A stretch of DNA of 64,000 nucleotides. Source: Eledone cirrhosa (lineage: Eukaryota). This document shows, in pieces, positions 27,796-42,040 of the stretch. The notes beneath the pieces are model-generated. The model ran no database searches. It was not told where the DNA came from and was given only the letters and a program-made list of their open reading frames with translations. The stretch is taken from NCBI GenBank assembly GCA_964016885.1, contig CAXHJY010001618.1:1-64000 (forward strand), read 5' to 3'. The position numbers and the translations under genes are program-made. Numbering within the stretch: the stretch's first letter is position 1; the number at the start of each line of letters is the position of its first letter.

Positions 27796-28412
27796 ATAGT
27801 CACTCTATCTATCTGTATCTCACTCATCACACACTTTCTCTTTCTTTCTCGCTCTGTCTATATATATATGCTAGTTGAAGTGGTAGTGGATGTTTGTGTG
27901 TCTGTATAGATTAAATATCTACATATATATAGCTAACACATATACACAAGCACTACGCATATTTCCCAATTCATGCTCTCATATGTATATGAAGCAGTAA
28001 TTGACATCAGTAACTAATTAATCCTTCTTTCTAATTAATATGTAACGTTATCCAAGTTGACGTTGAAAAATCCCCATTTCCCACTCTATACAAAGATGAA
28101 AAGATCAAGAAATTCCAAAGGGGGCATGCTCACAATATGATGTGTAGGTATGTGTACGAACTCACCGATATTTAAACTTGTTCAGCTAAGTTCATAAACA
28201 GTTTTATGTATGTGTGTGTGTGGAAATTGCTAGGTAGGGAAATCACAGCGTAGTGGAGTGACGGGTTTTGGTGAGAAGAGGGCATTTTTCAGCAATTGCT
28301 GCTTCCTCACCTAAACATATATACGACCCCTAATGAATTTGTCTCTTTCTCTCTTTTCCTCCACTTTCGCTGCATATATATATATATATATAAATGTATG
28401 TGTGTGTGTATT

Positions 28413-28458
<46 letters not shown>

Positions 28459-28577
28459 TTTATATATGTATATGTATACATGCATATATATATGCATATA
28501 TATGTGTATACATATATGTATATATATACATATATATATATGTACTCATATATATACATGTTTATATATATATATAT

Positions 28578-28986
28578 ATGGTGGCTGCCAACTCGTTTTC
28601 GAGTACGGCCACTACTTTATATCCATGTAGGAGAAACCCTACCGATGCGCTAAACGAGTGACTTTTTAGTCCAGCCTGCGACTTGAAAACTCTGGTACAA
28701 ACACTACACTTGTGACAATTATTGACACATAGTGCTGGGCCCATGCTACCATGTGACGACAAGTGCAGAGAGATCTCCAGATATAAAGCAATGCCTGTAC
28801 CGTGAAGCTTTTATAGTGAGCAAAGGCACTGCACAAAGCCAGTCCCACTCTCTTAACTAAGATGATATTTACAAAAAAAGAAGAACAAGTCAACATCATT
28901 GGATACCATCAAGGTTGCAGGTGTTATATCAGAGTTTTCCTACTCCTAGAATTCTGCCTTGACAAAGGCTAAGGGGTCATCTCTCC

Positions 28987-28990
<4 letters not shown>
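28578..28990 (-). mobile_element. RTE-derived short retroelement (5'-UTR-like part joined to a 3' zinc-finger end)
   Basis: [17 protein letters not shown] remnant; near-identical copies at 53311-53600 and 53700-54110. Confidence 0.65.
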
Positions 28991-29037
<47 letters not shown>

Positions 29038-29109
29038 GTGTGTGTGTGTGTGTGTGTGTGTATTTATATTTATATAAATATACACGTATATGTGTGTATC
29101 TACATATAT

Positions 29110-29179
<70 letters not shown>

Positions 29180-29506
29180 CTATATATGCGTGCACATATA
29201 TAAGATTAACATATACTTATGCCCACGTATTTATTTGTCCATGTATTAATTACTGTGTAAATGTTGGATTTGTCTAATTGAATTTGATGGCGAATGTTGC
29301 TTGCACTTTTGAATATACATTAGCTTAAATATACATTAGTAAACGTCATGTACTTTGTAAGACATAAATATAACACACAATCACCTTAAAGTACAACACA
29401 ATATCATAGGCAGAAGTGCATTCATGTATAAGAACAGTCGTACACACATTTGCATACACATACATTTAGCATAGGTTTATGTAAACTATCAAGAGAAACT
29501 AAAAAC

Positions 29507-29569
<63 letters not shown>

Positions 29570-30039
29570 AATCTTGTTAAACAAATTCAGAAACGAAATA
29601 TGAAATATATATATATATATACACATCTATCTATCTATATATTTATATAATATATAATCTAGCTGTCGTCTGTTCTACAGTGTGGATGTAATTCACTTCG
29701 CGCAGAAGTTTTGTTCAAATTTATTCAGGAAAATTTGTGAGTTCAAACTTAATTTTGATACAATTGTGTAGCTTGACGCCCCGTCTGAACTGTCAGGCGG
29801 TGGGTCAGCTCATCTTTACCCCTCCTAGAGGTGAAAAACCTGTTTTAAAAAATTTTGTGGCAAAAAAATTTCAATCGTCTAACAGAAATGTTAAACGCAG
29901 CGAACGAAAATAGTGGTGGGGGGACAGCGGTAAGAGTTGTAAGCTCGCACGCTTTAGTCCCCCCCTTCCTTCCCAACTAACGTCATAGAGAAGGAAGGAA
30001 AAATGAAAATAAAAACAGACGAATCTGCGGAGAAAAAAA

Positions 30040-31788
30040 ATGACGAAAACACAAATCTGGACATGGATTCCAACAACGAAAAAAAAAAAATTTGAAAAAT
30101 TGCATGACAATACTAATAACACAAACAAAGACACAACAAACACAAAAATAACATTTGAAAATAACACCATATCAGAAAGCAAAGCAGACGACAAGATTTC
30201 ATTTGCACAGAAAACAAAGAAATCTTTGACTTATATACCGGAAAATATTTCAGATGTGGCACGAAGGATCACAGACGCCAAACAATACATAAGTGAAGGA
30301 GAGAATGGTATTTTATCGGTAAAAATGCCTCAAGAATTCACCAAAGACATTGAAAGCCGAACAGTCAAGTTTCGGACCATCAACAACAGTACAAAAAGAC
30401 CTGAACAGCCTTCTCAAGCAGATATCAAAACAGTACTCACAGAAGTACTTAATGAAACCACTTTCATAAGAAAAGACAGACTGTATGGAAGCCTAGCAAT
30501 TATCATGAAGAACGAATCGGCGGCAAAAAAATGTGCTTTGTCACCGATTCGTTCGAAAAATTTTACCTTTTATCCATCTTATATGGGTAAAAGAACTCAA
30601 CGCATATGGCTGGATGCAATGATGCCAGATGTGGACTACTGCTGGCTCATAGCTGGCTTCATCGATCCAGTGAATGACAACGTGATTTCCATTGGGAAAA
30701 CCACAGGCAATGCGTTCAGTGGAACAGGTATAGAGCTGGTAGTGCAAATGAAGCCTGAACGCATCGCCCAAATACCCGACAGAATCCTATTAGAGGACCA
30801 CGGGTATATAAACATTAGCGTGGAGGGGAGAAGGCCGTCCTGCCATATCTGTGCAGGCAGAGGGCACCTGAAGGCCGCTTGTCCCCAACTCAACAAAAAG
30901 AAAACCCTGCTACCAACACCAGCTCCACCACCACCACCACAACAGATAAACAAACAACAAAACTCAGTCCCACCCAACCCGTCCCTCAGTAACACCACAA
31001 CACCACCACAACACAAACAGTCACAACACATTACCCCAAAACAAAATACAGGCCCACCCAACCTCTCACTCAATAAAACAACACAACCACCGCAGACACA
31101 ACACACAACACAGTCTAACATAGTGACATCCATCTCCCCCAAAAAGAAAACCAACACGGAAACATTACCAGCAAACATACCTCTTTCCTCCAACACTGAA
31201 GATAACCCAACGAATTCGGAGGAAGAAACGGAGTCCTTCAGACAGATTAAAAGGAAAAAAAGAAAACATGTACAAAACACACAAGGCCAAACAACCCCCA
31301 CCCAAATGTCAACACAATCCAACAAAACAGAAAACACCCCTCCAGCAACAAACAAAACCAAACCTACCCCTCCCCTCTTCGAAACACTCACACCATCCGA
31401 AAAAAAGACATTACACTATACTTACATCAACAGAAACAATAATAAATTAAATGAACTCATATACAATAATCCTTCGGTACAAACCGAAGGTGTAAACTTT
31501 GTTTCTTCGGAAAACTACCCACATTTAAAACTAATAAAGATCCCAATGAACCTCTACCAAAAACTAAAAAAGGATTTTAAGGAGGACGTAGGACCACCCT
31601 CTGTCAAACCCATAAACCGCGTCCTACTAAAAAGCTTTCCCCCTCCCCTTCCCCTCCCCAACACAACTCCAACCACCCCAACCACACCACACACTGACGA
31701 CCCCACACCACCACAAGACACCCCTTCACCCAACACCCCCGACCCCATGGAAGTCGTGCAACCCGAACCCCGGGAAGCGGAAAGGTAG
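30040..31788 (+). CDS. LINE ORF1 protein (582 aa) with CCHC zinc knuckle, Pro/Thr/Gln-rich linker and conserved C-terminal domain
   Basis: Uninterrupted ORF; CHICAGRGHLKAAC is a CX2CX4HX4C motif; ends 33 bp before the ORF2 ATG. Confidence 0.9.
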   Translation: MTKTQIWTWIPTTKKKKFEKLHDNTNNTNKDTTNTKITFENNTISESKADDKISFAQKTKKSLTYIPENISDVARRITDAKQYISEGENGILSVKMPQEFTKDIESRTVKFRTINNSTKRPEQPSQADIKTVLTEVLNETTFIRKDRLYGSLAIIMKNESAAKKCALSPIRSKNFTFYPSYMGKRTQRIWLDAMMPDVDYCWLIAGFIDPVNDNVISIGKTTGNAFSGTGIELVVQMKPERIAQIPDRILLEDHGYINISVEGRRPSCHICAGRGHLKAACPQLNKKKTLLPTPAPPPPPQQINKQQNSVPPNPSLSNTTTPPQHKQSQHITPKQNTGPPNLSLNKTTQPPQTQHTTQSNIVTSISPKKKTNTETLPANIPLSSNTEDNPTNSEEETESFRQIKRKKRKHVQNTQGQTTPTQMSTQSNKTENTPPATNKTKPTPPLFETLTPSEKKTLHYTYINRNNNKLNELIYNNPSVQTEGVNFVSSENYPHLKLIKIPMNLYQKLKKDFKEDVGPPSVKPINRVLLKSFPPPLPLPNTTPTTPTTPHTDDPTPPQDTPSPNTPDPMEVVQPEPREAER

Positions 31789-31821
31789 GTCTCTACACTC
31801 TCCTTTGGCTCTGCCGCCCAC

Positions 31822-34800
31822 ATGGATGTGTTAAGAGTAGGATGTTTGAATGCACGTGGCCTGGGCTCAACTTGGAAGCAAGCAAAGCTTCTAAATGACC
31901 TCAGGTCATGTAGTATAAATGTAATGGTTATCTGTGAGACTCGAATCAGCGTCGTGCGGCAGCTGGCCCCCACCTTCGATGACTTTGAGGTGCATGCATC
32001 TCTCTGTCAACCTGGAGGGGGGGGGGGTTGTCGTACTGCTGCAAAAACACCTGGGTCTTGCCGTACAAGTTGTGCACTCGGACCCGGAGGGTCGTTTGTT
32101 GGTGCTAGACGTTGGCAGTAGTGAAAGTGCGGCCTTGAGACTGGTTGCCGTCTACTCCCCTTTCGGAGCTGAACGGCCCGACTTCTTCCAGCGATTGGAG
32201 ACTTTTCTGGGAACGTCGCGTTCCTTGCTTCTAGCGGGGGATTGGAATGACATCCTAGATGCACGTTGGGACTATGCAGGAGCATGTCCTAATAGAGGGG
32301 GGTGTAACATCCTCAAGGGGTTACTCGACCGTTTTAACTTGGTCGATAGATATCGACTAGATTTACCAACTGTGCCTACCTGGACTTGGAGAAACCACAG
32401 TGGTCAATCTAGATCGTACTTAGATAGAGTCTTAGTTAGAAGTAAGGATAGGGACATATTAAACTGTCCAGAAATGCGCACGGTTGGCTACACGGATCAC
32501 AAATTAGTGACCTGCGTAGTCAATCTCGAGAAAACACATAAACAGGGTCCCGGTTACTGGAAACTTAATTTGTCTTTACCGGCAAAAGAGACTTACAGAA
32601 ACCGGATTAGCAGATTAGTTAAGGAGAGGTTGACGAGTGCAATCGTCAACAACCGATGGTGGGCATCTCTCAAAAGAGAGATTAGAACAGAATCAATAAG
32701 TTATAGCAAGATGTTAGCTGCCGATAGGAATAGAAACGAGAAAGAATTAACAGGTAAATTAGCAGAGGCAATCAAGAGCGAAGATGTGGCCAGAGTGCTG
32801 GCATCGAGGACGGCCTTGAACCAGTTTTTCGATGCAAAGCACGAAGGCTGCGTCATTCGAAGTAAAATACGTGCTCTAGGTAATGAGGGGGCCAAAGCCG
32901 TTGGCTGGGCCCGCGTGACAGAAGCTAAGAGTGGAAATCGATCCACCATCCGGTCGTTGCAAGACGAAGATGGACGGGTGATCCGGGAGCCTAAGCAGAT
33001 GTGCGAGGTCTTTCAAAGGCACTTTGCCCGATTGTTCGGGGAGGCGAGGGTCCGGGCGGGGGCGTGGATTTCGGTCCATACCTCGACGGCCTGCCGCGTC
33101 TCTCGAGCGAAGAGGCAGAGTCCTGAGAGGGACCAATCTCGGCTGATGAGATCGGAGATGCGCTGAGCCAATGCAGCAGACGCAAATCTCCAGGTCTCGA
33201 TGGTATACCTTACGAACTTTATTTAGCAATGCCGGTCTTCTTCTCCGAACTCCTCGAAGCGGTCTACTGCAATTGGCAGCAGAACGGGAGAATTCCTTGT
33301 TCTGTAGCCAAGGGCGTATTCACGCTGGTGAGGAAGGACGAGAACAGGGGAGATAGTATAAATAATTTTCGGCCCATAACCCTGCTAAACACAGAGTTAA
33401 AGATTTTGGCCAAGGTGTTAGCAAAGAGGTTGGCGCTTGTCGTGGGTGGCCTGGTGGGAGATGCGCAGACATGTGCTATCCCATCCAGGTCCATTCACGA
33501 TAACCTCCACCTCATGCGATACATCATAGAGAGGGTTGGCAACAAACCCGGCTTCGGTGGGGCCCTGATCAACTTGGATCAGTCTAAGGCGTTCGATAGG
33601 GTCGACCATGGTTACCTGGATGCGGTGCTAGCGGCGGCTGGGTTCGGTCCTGTTTTCAGAGGCTGGATCACTGCCTTACATAGCATCCACATCTGTTCTA
33701 GGATCAAGGTGAACGGCTACCTTTCGAAGCCGTTCGAAATCACACGATCCATTCGACAGGGGTGCCCTCTCTCTTCCCTTCTGTACGTATTGACTCTCGA
33801 GCCTTTACTGAGGAAGTTGGAGTTGTTGCAGGGTATCCCCCTGGAACCAGGATTGAGAAAAGCGGTGTCGGCCTACGCCGATGACGTAACAGTAATGGTA
33901 TCGACCGACTCGGAGATCGAGGCGATCGGTACCTTACTGGAGGAGTACGAAAGGTTGTCAGGAGCGAAACTGAACCAGGAAAAATCCATCGGGCTGCAAC
34001 TCGGAACGTGGAGAGGCAGACCGATGCCTCCTGACGGTGTCGTCGGACACTGGACGGAGGGCCCGGTAAAGTTGCTTGGGGTCTGGTTTGGACCGGACCT
34101 CCAGGTGGAAAAGAACTGGAACGAGGTTACGAACAAGGTGTTTGCACTAACCCAGAAATGGGCCAAGTGTAAGCTGTCCCTAAAAGGCCGGGCGGAGGTG
34201 GCGAACATTTACATAGCGTCCGTCACTTACTACCGCCTGACTGTCGTGCCTTGTCCTAAGGAAACACTCACCACCATGGAACGCATGCTCTTCCAATTTC
34301 TTTGGAAGAAGCGCCCTCCTATGGTGAGAAGATCCATCTGCTGCCAATAACCTTCGAAAGGAGGGCTGGGGATGCCGTGGTTGATGATGCGTAGGCACGC
34401 ATTAAGGCTACGGCACCTACAGGTATTCCTCACTGGTCAACAGGTGTGGGCTCCGTTCGTGAAACGAGCCTTTCCGAGACTCGTCTCGCTCACCGAGCTA
34501 CAGTCCTGGGTCAAGCAAAGATCCAGAAAACTGGGAGACTGGCACACTGAGTGTGCTCAGGCGCTCAGGGCTCTCTGGCCAGGCCATCGGTGGAGAATCC
34601 ACCTCATCATTCTATAGAGGGTTGGTGGCTAGCAGGGGCGATGACACCCTTGGAGAGTCGCTGGACATGGAAGAAGACGAACTGGCCAGCCTGTTCGGTA
34701 GGACTTTCGGCCCAGGACCAATGGACAACTTCCAGAAGTCACTGGCCTGGCAGTCCTACCGGGGGGCTCTACCCGTTCGAGAGAGGCTCTACAGACACGG

Positions 34801-35247
34801 GCGCCCGGGCAGGGATCCCTCAAAAAAGATTTGCCCTAGATGCGTGCGTCACGAAGAAACCGTTGCGCACGCATTGGTGCAATGTCCGGGCGTGGCTGAT
34901 CTGTGGGGCTACGCCGAACGACTGCTGTCGCGTGTGGCGCCGATTAAATTGACCGCCGAGTCCGTGATGACAATCAAACCGCCTCCCCTCTTCACAAAGG
35001 AAGCAAAGGCGGTTTTTCTGTGCGTAATAGCCATGTTGAAAGAGGTTGTTTGGTGGACACGATTGAAAGGTCTGAGGTCAGGCAACTTCCTCTCTGGCCA
35101 TAGTCTGGTCTACTTCTTCCGATATCACTTCGGAAGAAGGATAAGAATGGAGAGAGAGGTGCTTGCCACAGGCAGTTTTATGAAAGGTGGGTGATAGTGG
35201 CGAGAATGGCTCGTGTAAATGGGCCTTCTCTGTATACCATCCTGTAG
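31822..35247 (+). pseudogene. LINE ORF2 (APE, RT, zinc finger) with frameshifts and stops
   Basis: GCLNARGL, GDWN, TDH, PGYWKLN, FRPITLLN, LDQSKAFDRVDH, RQGCPLS, YADD, CPRC..ETVAHAL..C. Lesions near 32020, 33050-33127, 34348, 34575 and 35180. Confidence 0.95.
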
Positions 35248-35492
35248 GTAAAGAAGTAAAGGAGAAGGGAGCACCTTCTCCATGTGCTCCCCGGGCAAAG
35301 GATTGCACACTTTTTCGGGGGTGTGTGCAACCCCCATCACGTCCCCTCCCTTTTGAGGTTATTTTCGATTATTTTCATGTTACACCCTTTTTACTCGATT
35401 ATATGTAAACTCCCCCTTTGTATTTGTCCCTTCTTTTTATGCCTTTATGGTAAATAAAGAAATCTATATATTTATATAATATATATATATAT

Positions 35493-35542
<50 letters not shown>

Positions 35543-36179
35543 AAATAGATAGATATAGGTATTCATTTCTACATGAACTTTTTAGACATTTATTATGTTC
35601 TTAGTGGATATGTATGCGTGTATATTACGAGTCAATTCATTTAAGGAATATAAAAACACACACACATATATACACACATGCAATCACACACACGTACACA
35701 CACATACAGACACACTTACACATACACACACAGAAACACACGCATGTCTATGTTACATTTTACAAAGTTATCTACGAATAGATTTCTAGTAAATCAACTT
35801 AAAATAAAGCCAGCTTCACCAATAATCTCGCGGTTTCAATTGTCAAGAATTAGCATTGACTTCATAAAACAGACAATGCTAAAGAATACAATTTCTCCTT
35901 TGAAAATATAAAAATACTATTTATCTGTTGTAAACGGAATAAATACTTACGAAGCAATCGTGGTTGTAAAATTACACGCTTGCGTAGACCAACCAACCAG
36001 CCAACCAACCAAACAACCAAGTAAATATTTGTATATCACAGACCATGTGACGGGCATCAAATGACGCTAGAAATAGCTCACATATACCCAGCCACCAACT
36101 CAATAATTAAGGGTGAGCTAATATCATACAAAAGTTTAATTTTTACTGATATACGGAAGCATCTCGATCGAATCTTCTG

Positions 36180-36560
36180 ACTAGGAGTTTTACAGAAGAC
36201 CCCCCCCGCTCCTCCAGAATTAGCAAAACAACCAAAAATAATCAGAAATAGTGGTTTGATGCTGGATATTGTACTCCATTCCAGTTCACCAAAACAACTG
36301 CTTCTGATTTATATTACTGTGCCATTTGAAAGTAGATTAGAAGAAGCGCCCGTATTCAAGACCGAAAAACAGCCTAAGGGAAGCCGACTTCCAAGTCAAA
36401 GTTCTTTCCATTGAGGTGTGAGATTTGTGGGCACATCTGCTTACAATCTCACGAAACAACTTTCAGTCTCTGAGAAGACAAAGACCGAAGTCTGAAAAGC
36501 AATATCAAAGGCGGCAGAAAGGAGCCCCAGCTATATCAGGTCGAGGAGGAACAAAAACGT
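36180..36560 (+). mobile_element. HERO/NeSL-like non-LTR restriction-like endonuclease remnant
   Basis: LDIVLHSSSPKQLLLI..TVPFESRLEEA.VFKTEK; VKVLSIEV; AISKAAE. Confidence 0.55.
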
Positions 36561-37096
36561 TCTCCATACTATGTGAGAGGCACAAAGTTTGTATTTTCAT
36601 GCACGCCAAGGTAAGGTACTCTGTGTCGGTCGTGGTTTTTAGTGTTGGCGATACTGATGTTGTCTCGCCGCTGCCATGGCTACCAACACTATATTTCCAA
36701 TTCAAGAAGGCGTTTAGATATAAGTTTAAAAGCAGAGGCAACGGAGAGGAATTCCAGCTAGATCTTGTTACCAAAATTTCCATACGGTTTAAATACACAG
36801 CAAGTCCGAATGGCTAAATGTCAGCAGAATGGCACCCAGGTGTCATGACCTGGATGATAAACGACTGTTTCCACAAGGGTGGAAACACTCGCTTATGGAG
36901 GGATTCTTCTCTGAAAATCTTCTGCTGGCCAGCTCTTCTGAGAGTTTCTTACCGTTCTATTCAGAAAAGAATATACACACGGAAAACATTTATACAATTA
37001 GCTCCGGTTATATGTGTAAAGAAACCTAGATATCTACATATCTCTATTTATCCAACTCTCTATCCATCTACACACACACGCGCGCGCACGCAAACG

Positions 37097-37161
<65 letters not shown>

Positions 37162-37162
<1 letters not shown>

Positions 37163-37343
37163 CAAGAAAGTTGGAAATCTGTTGGAAATCTGCTTCGAAG
37201 AATCGAGGCGTATCTGAGGACCTTGCGATTTCAGGGTCAGATTCGATTATTACATCGACCGTGCTTCGAGCTGGCCGCAGAGAAACGATTGTAATATGTC
37301 TAATAAATTGTATTCGTCGCACCACTGATTCTCCGTGTCTTAT

Positions 37344-37347
<4 letters not shown>
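37162..37347 (+). mobile_element. Solo PLE pseudo-LTR-like fragment between (TA)n tracts
   Basis: About 185 bp of unique sequence carrying a complete HHR. Confidence 0.65.
37207..37300 (+). ncRNA. Minimal type-I hammerhead ribozyme
   Basis: ggcgtat-CTGAGGA-c-cttgcg...cgcag-a-GAAAC-gatt-GTA-atatgtc: 7-bp stem I with two G-U pairs. Confidence 0.8.
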
Positions 37348-37403
<56 letters not shown>

Positions 37404-37406
<3 letters not shown>

Positions 37407-39331
37407 ATAATAATATACCCGTATAGAAAGCCGAATGATACGCTTAATTACATAAGTAAGCATTCCAACCATCCTGCCAGCATAACCAAGAACCTGGTAA
37501 GAAACGTTTCGTTGAGGCTTTCCCGTCTTTCCACCAACGAGCGTATTTTCCACGACCATTCCATTTATTACAATGAAGCTCTTGCTCGGAGTGGATTTGT
37601 CGATAAGGTAACATATACAGAGTACGAAAATAGACCTAGAAGAAATAGATCCCGTCGCATTTGTTGGTATAACCCACCATATAATATGGAGGTGGCCACA
37701 CCATTAGCTAAGATCTTTCTTTCCCTTATTACGAAGCATTTCCCCCCTACACATAAATATAGTAAAATTTTTAATAGAAATACTATTAAAATTTCTTACT
37801 CTACGACTCCTAACCTTGCACATAACATCACAGCTTCACATTTAGCCAAACTACCTAGCCGTAGGAACACGTGCAACCCTGTAGTTAGTAGTAACTGTAA
37901 TTGTAGGAATCGGGTTGATTGCCCCCTATCCGGGAAATGCCTCTCTAGTAACATTGTCTACAAATGTAAGGTTGTAACACGCACGTCCCGTAGGCCTACA
38001 TAGGGTTAACTGCCAATAGATTCAAGCAGCGTCTTTACATGCATACCCATTCTTTTCGTTACCCTCTAAGAAGGAATATGACGTCACTTTCAGCTTATAT
38101 CTGGAGTCTAAAAGACAACCACACCCAATATAAGTTACACTGGGAGATCCTAGCTAGGGCTAGATGGTATAACGGAAATAAAAGACCATGTGACCTCTGC
38201 GCCGCTGAGGCCCTGGAAATACTCTACGCCACAGACCACATCTTAAACAAAATATCTGAGGCAATTTCAGCTTGTAAACATAAATTGCACAAAACTTTCC
38301 TGTATTACAGCCCCACGTTATACCCTAACGGATAGTACGATCTATACTCGGACATTTTACGTCTCGATGTGGGAGCTAAGTATATGTTTTGTTTATACCT
38401 TTACTTATTTGCATAGGTAAGTATATATTATCCGTATGTTTTGTGAAGGTACGTATAACTTCTAGTACGTATATTTGATTGTTATGGCGTATATTTTTTT
38501 TATATATTCTGGTACATATGGTTCGGCTATGTGTATACGGGAGTTTTGCGTCTGTGTGAGTATGTAGGTTCGTACGTATGTAGGGCGTGTGTATATGTGT
38601 ACTTCATGTTTTGGTTGACTTACGTCTCCGAACATTCGTGTATTTACATGTAGGTATGTGTGTGCGCTTGTTATATACGTATTTATTTATTTATATACGT
38701 TTATATAATTATTTATTTATTTGTATACACGCTTACACACACACACATATTTACATGTGCGTGGTTTTGTTTACCTATGGTAAGTTTTTGCGTATGCTTG
38801 TGTATGTACGTATTTGTTTGCGTGTATGTATTTATTTATTTCTATTACTTCTGTATTGTATTTATTTACTTTGTTCTTAATTCTGTAGCAGAGATTCATT
38901 CGGTCTCCTAGTTAGAATTTAGTCTACGACTATGCTATACCATTTGCGTGGTTTTGTCTTTGCGTGCTATTGTTCTCCACGGTCCACATATGACGTATTA
39001 TCTTCGTTTTTTTCGTTCATTGCCGGAGAACGTCTCTATGAACCACCTAAGAGAACATTAGTCTACGACCACTTTTATACCATAAACGTGGTTCTGTCTT
39101 TGCGCGTAATAGTTTTTCACCGCTCCTATTAATGACGTGTTATTCGTTTTTTTCCCGTTCTTTGCCAGCGAACGTTTTCACGAACCAAAGTATCGTCTTC
39201 CTGTCTTCCTCCGGTTGCAACGTTTTTTGAAATATCCACTTCTGCGTTTACAGATTGACTTTGTTAGTTTCAGAAGATCCCGTTAAGGGTGAAAGCAGCG
39301 ATTCTTTGCTTAAACTTAATCTTTTATTTTA

Positions 39332-39335
<4 letters not shown>
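37404..39335 (+). mobile_element. 5'-truncated Penelope-like element with C-terminal GIY-YIG (probably Hydra clade)
   Basis: RT thumb YRKP...SNHP, WYNPPY, linker CNCRNRVDC (CxCx5C), IVYKC...YIG (frameshift ~37995), C-terminal CDLC..E..LNK..CKH. About 1-kb 3' UTR; (TA)n at both ends. Confidence 0.9.
39265..39317 (+). ncRNA. HHR-like motif with CAGAAGA core (U4 to A) in the PLE 3' UTR
   Basis: agttt-CAGAAGA-t-ccc-gttaa-ggg-t-GAAA-gcag...ttg-CTT-aaact. Confidence 0.55.
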
Positions 39336-39413
<78 letters not shown>

Positions 39414-39817
39414 TGAGAGAGAGATGTAAAATTTAAACGGGAAAGTACGATCTCGGAAATATGAATGGCAATGGACTGCACCTTCTCCAGCTCTGCACTG
39501 AATTTGAACTGAACATTTACATCTCGTTTTTCCACCAGAGAGACGCTCATAAGTTTACTTGGATTCACCTAAATTCCAAATATGGGCAGATTCTAGATTA
39601 TGCCATCTGCCTTAAATGAGATCTTCAGGATATCTACAACAACAGTTCGGAAGTTCTTGACATTTGACATCAGTTCAACACTTTGTGTATTAATCATCCC
39701 AAAAAGAAGAGAGAGAAAATAAGGATTTCTGTATTAACCTATATTACTAAAGAGACAATTTCCTGACACCTGCATATATGTGTAAATAAATACATAAATA
39801 TGTGATTATATACATAC

Positions 39818-39851
<34 letters not shown>

Positions 39852-39914
39852 GATTGCTTTTGTAACTGTTTGTCATTTATTCTTGAACTGTATATATATG
39901 TATGTATATCTATG

Positions 39915-39954
<40 letters not shown>

Positions 39955-40602
39955 CAAATTTTAGTACAGCATTAACGAAGCTTTAGTTTGCGGCCAAGCT
40001 AACGAATGCAAATTCGGTATGTAGCTTTAGCACTCGAATGGGAATAGTACTCCAGAGTAATAACAATACGTTTAGACAGCTTAGCAAATCAAATATAGCG
40101 ATCGGCAGTCCAGCCGCATTACCACAGCAACGAAAATACAGGACTCAGGAAAAGATTTTAGACTGACCTGGACAGAACGCTGGGACCGAATGGAATATAC
40201 AATGCATATCGTATAGCACACGATATACATCACATACAGCACACAACATCAGCGCTAGGTTTCTGCAAATCCAAGATCGACAAATTCTGCTTGCAGGGGT
40301 CTGCAAGTTAATGGTTTTTGACGACAGAACAAAGGATTTATTTCTTCAGCAAGTCTTGTGTTCTTTAGCCTCCGCGGGGTGTTCTAGCAGTGAATTTGGC
40401 TATAGACACGTGGTTTTTTTCCAAGGGAGGTAACCCCCGCTTTGGCAGTGAATTCAAATTTGAGACAAAGGAATGAAATTCCCTTAGACAAACCGAATTA
40501 AGCACTCAACCAAAAGTTATCAAACAAACAATTAATCAATCAATAGAATCATCTAATTAAATTAATCAGTTAATCGTTAATTCTATATGTATGGGTGGAT
40601 GT

Positions 40603-40887
<285 letters not shown>

Positions 40888-41206
40888 TATATATATATAT
40901 ATATATATAAAGAGAGAGAGAGAGAGTGTGTGTGTGTGTGTGTATGTGTGTGTGTGTGTGTGTGTATGTGCCTGCGAGGCTGAGACGGAGTACTCGATGC
41001 ATAGGGAGATGCAGTATGGGTAGAGAGATATTTAAAATCCCGACGAGATTTCACATATGTGTGTATATATATATATATACATATACGTATATACATGTAC
41101 ATGTATAGATGTATATACACAATTTCTCGAAACAAACTTATCGTTTATCTAGTTAGATTGTGTACCCTGCATCCTGACCTACGTATATACATATATATAT
41201 ATATAT

Positions 41207-41408
<202 letters not shown>

Positions 41409-41414
41409 ATATAC

Positions 41415-41465
<51 letters not shown>

Positions 41466-42009
41466 CCATGATATTAAATGCACAGTCAAAACCAGTGATA
41501 ATATATTTAATTATGTAGGTTCAACTCCTACAGCTTTAAAGCTCGTTTTAATAATCACGAATGCTCGTTTAATAATATTGGTAAAAAATCTTCAACTTCT
41601 CTATCAGACCTGATATGGAACTTAAAATCTAAAAATACGGACTATTCTTTAACTTGGGAAATAATTACTTAGCACCTGCCTACTAAAAAACACAGCTTTA
41701 TCTAGATTTTGCAAATTGTGTGTTGAGGAAATTTTCTTCATACTTAAATGTAAGAACTCTATTAATATACGTACGAATTTATTTGGTTCTTGTAAATATC
41801 GCCTAAATTCAACATTTATAATTATATATAAATTATAATTACACTTATAATATTTCTACTTATTTCCATATATTGTTTGCTATATTTTCACTTTTAATAA
41901 TTTCACTTATTAAAATTTCTTAAATTTTATACATATAAGATCCTAAAGTTTTTAAATTTTAATTTTTAATTTTAACTTTAATTTTAATATTTTTTAAGGC
42001 TTTTTAATT

Positions 42010-42040
<31 letters not shown>

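Larger units (their letters stand above)
29660..35463 (+). mobile_element. L1/Tx1-type LINE copy 2, near full length, between TA microsatellites
   Basis: About 380-bp 5' UTR, intact ORF1, ORF2 with several lesions, 3' UTR ending aataaagaaa. Confidence 0.95.

Noticed and set aside
33124-33126. In-frame TGA in ORF2 at a position that is TGC in copy 1 (possible selenocysteine)
   Set aside because: A single substitution in a copy with other frameshifts and a TAA stop; no SECIS evident.
33143-33150. CTGATGA and similar heptamers inside LINE ORF2 (also ~24993 and ~33808)
   Set aside because: No matching GAAA/NUH or stems seen; chance matches in coding DNA.
39955-40460. Moderately GC-rich island, possibly a transposon relic
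   Set aside because: No motif I could assign.
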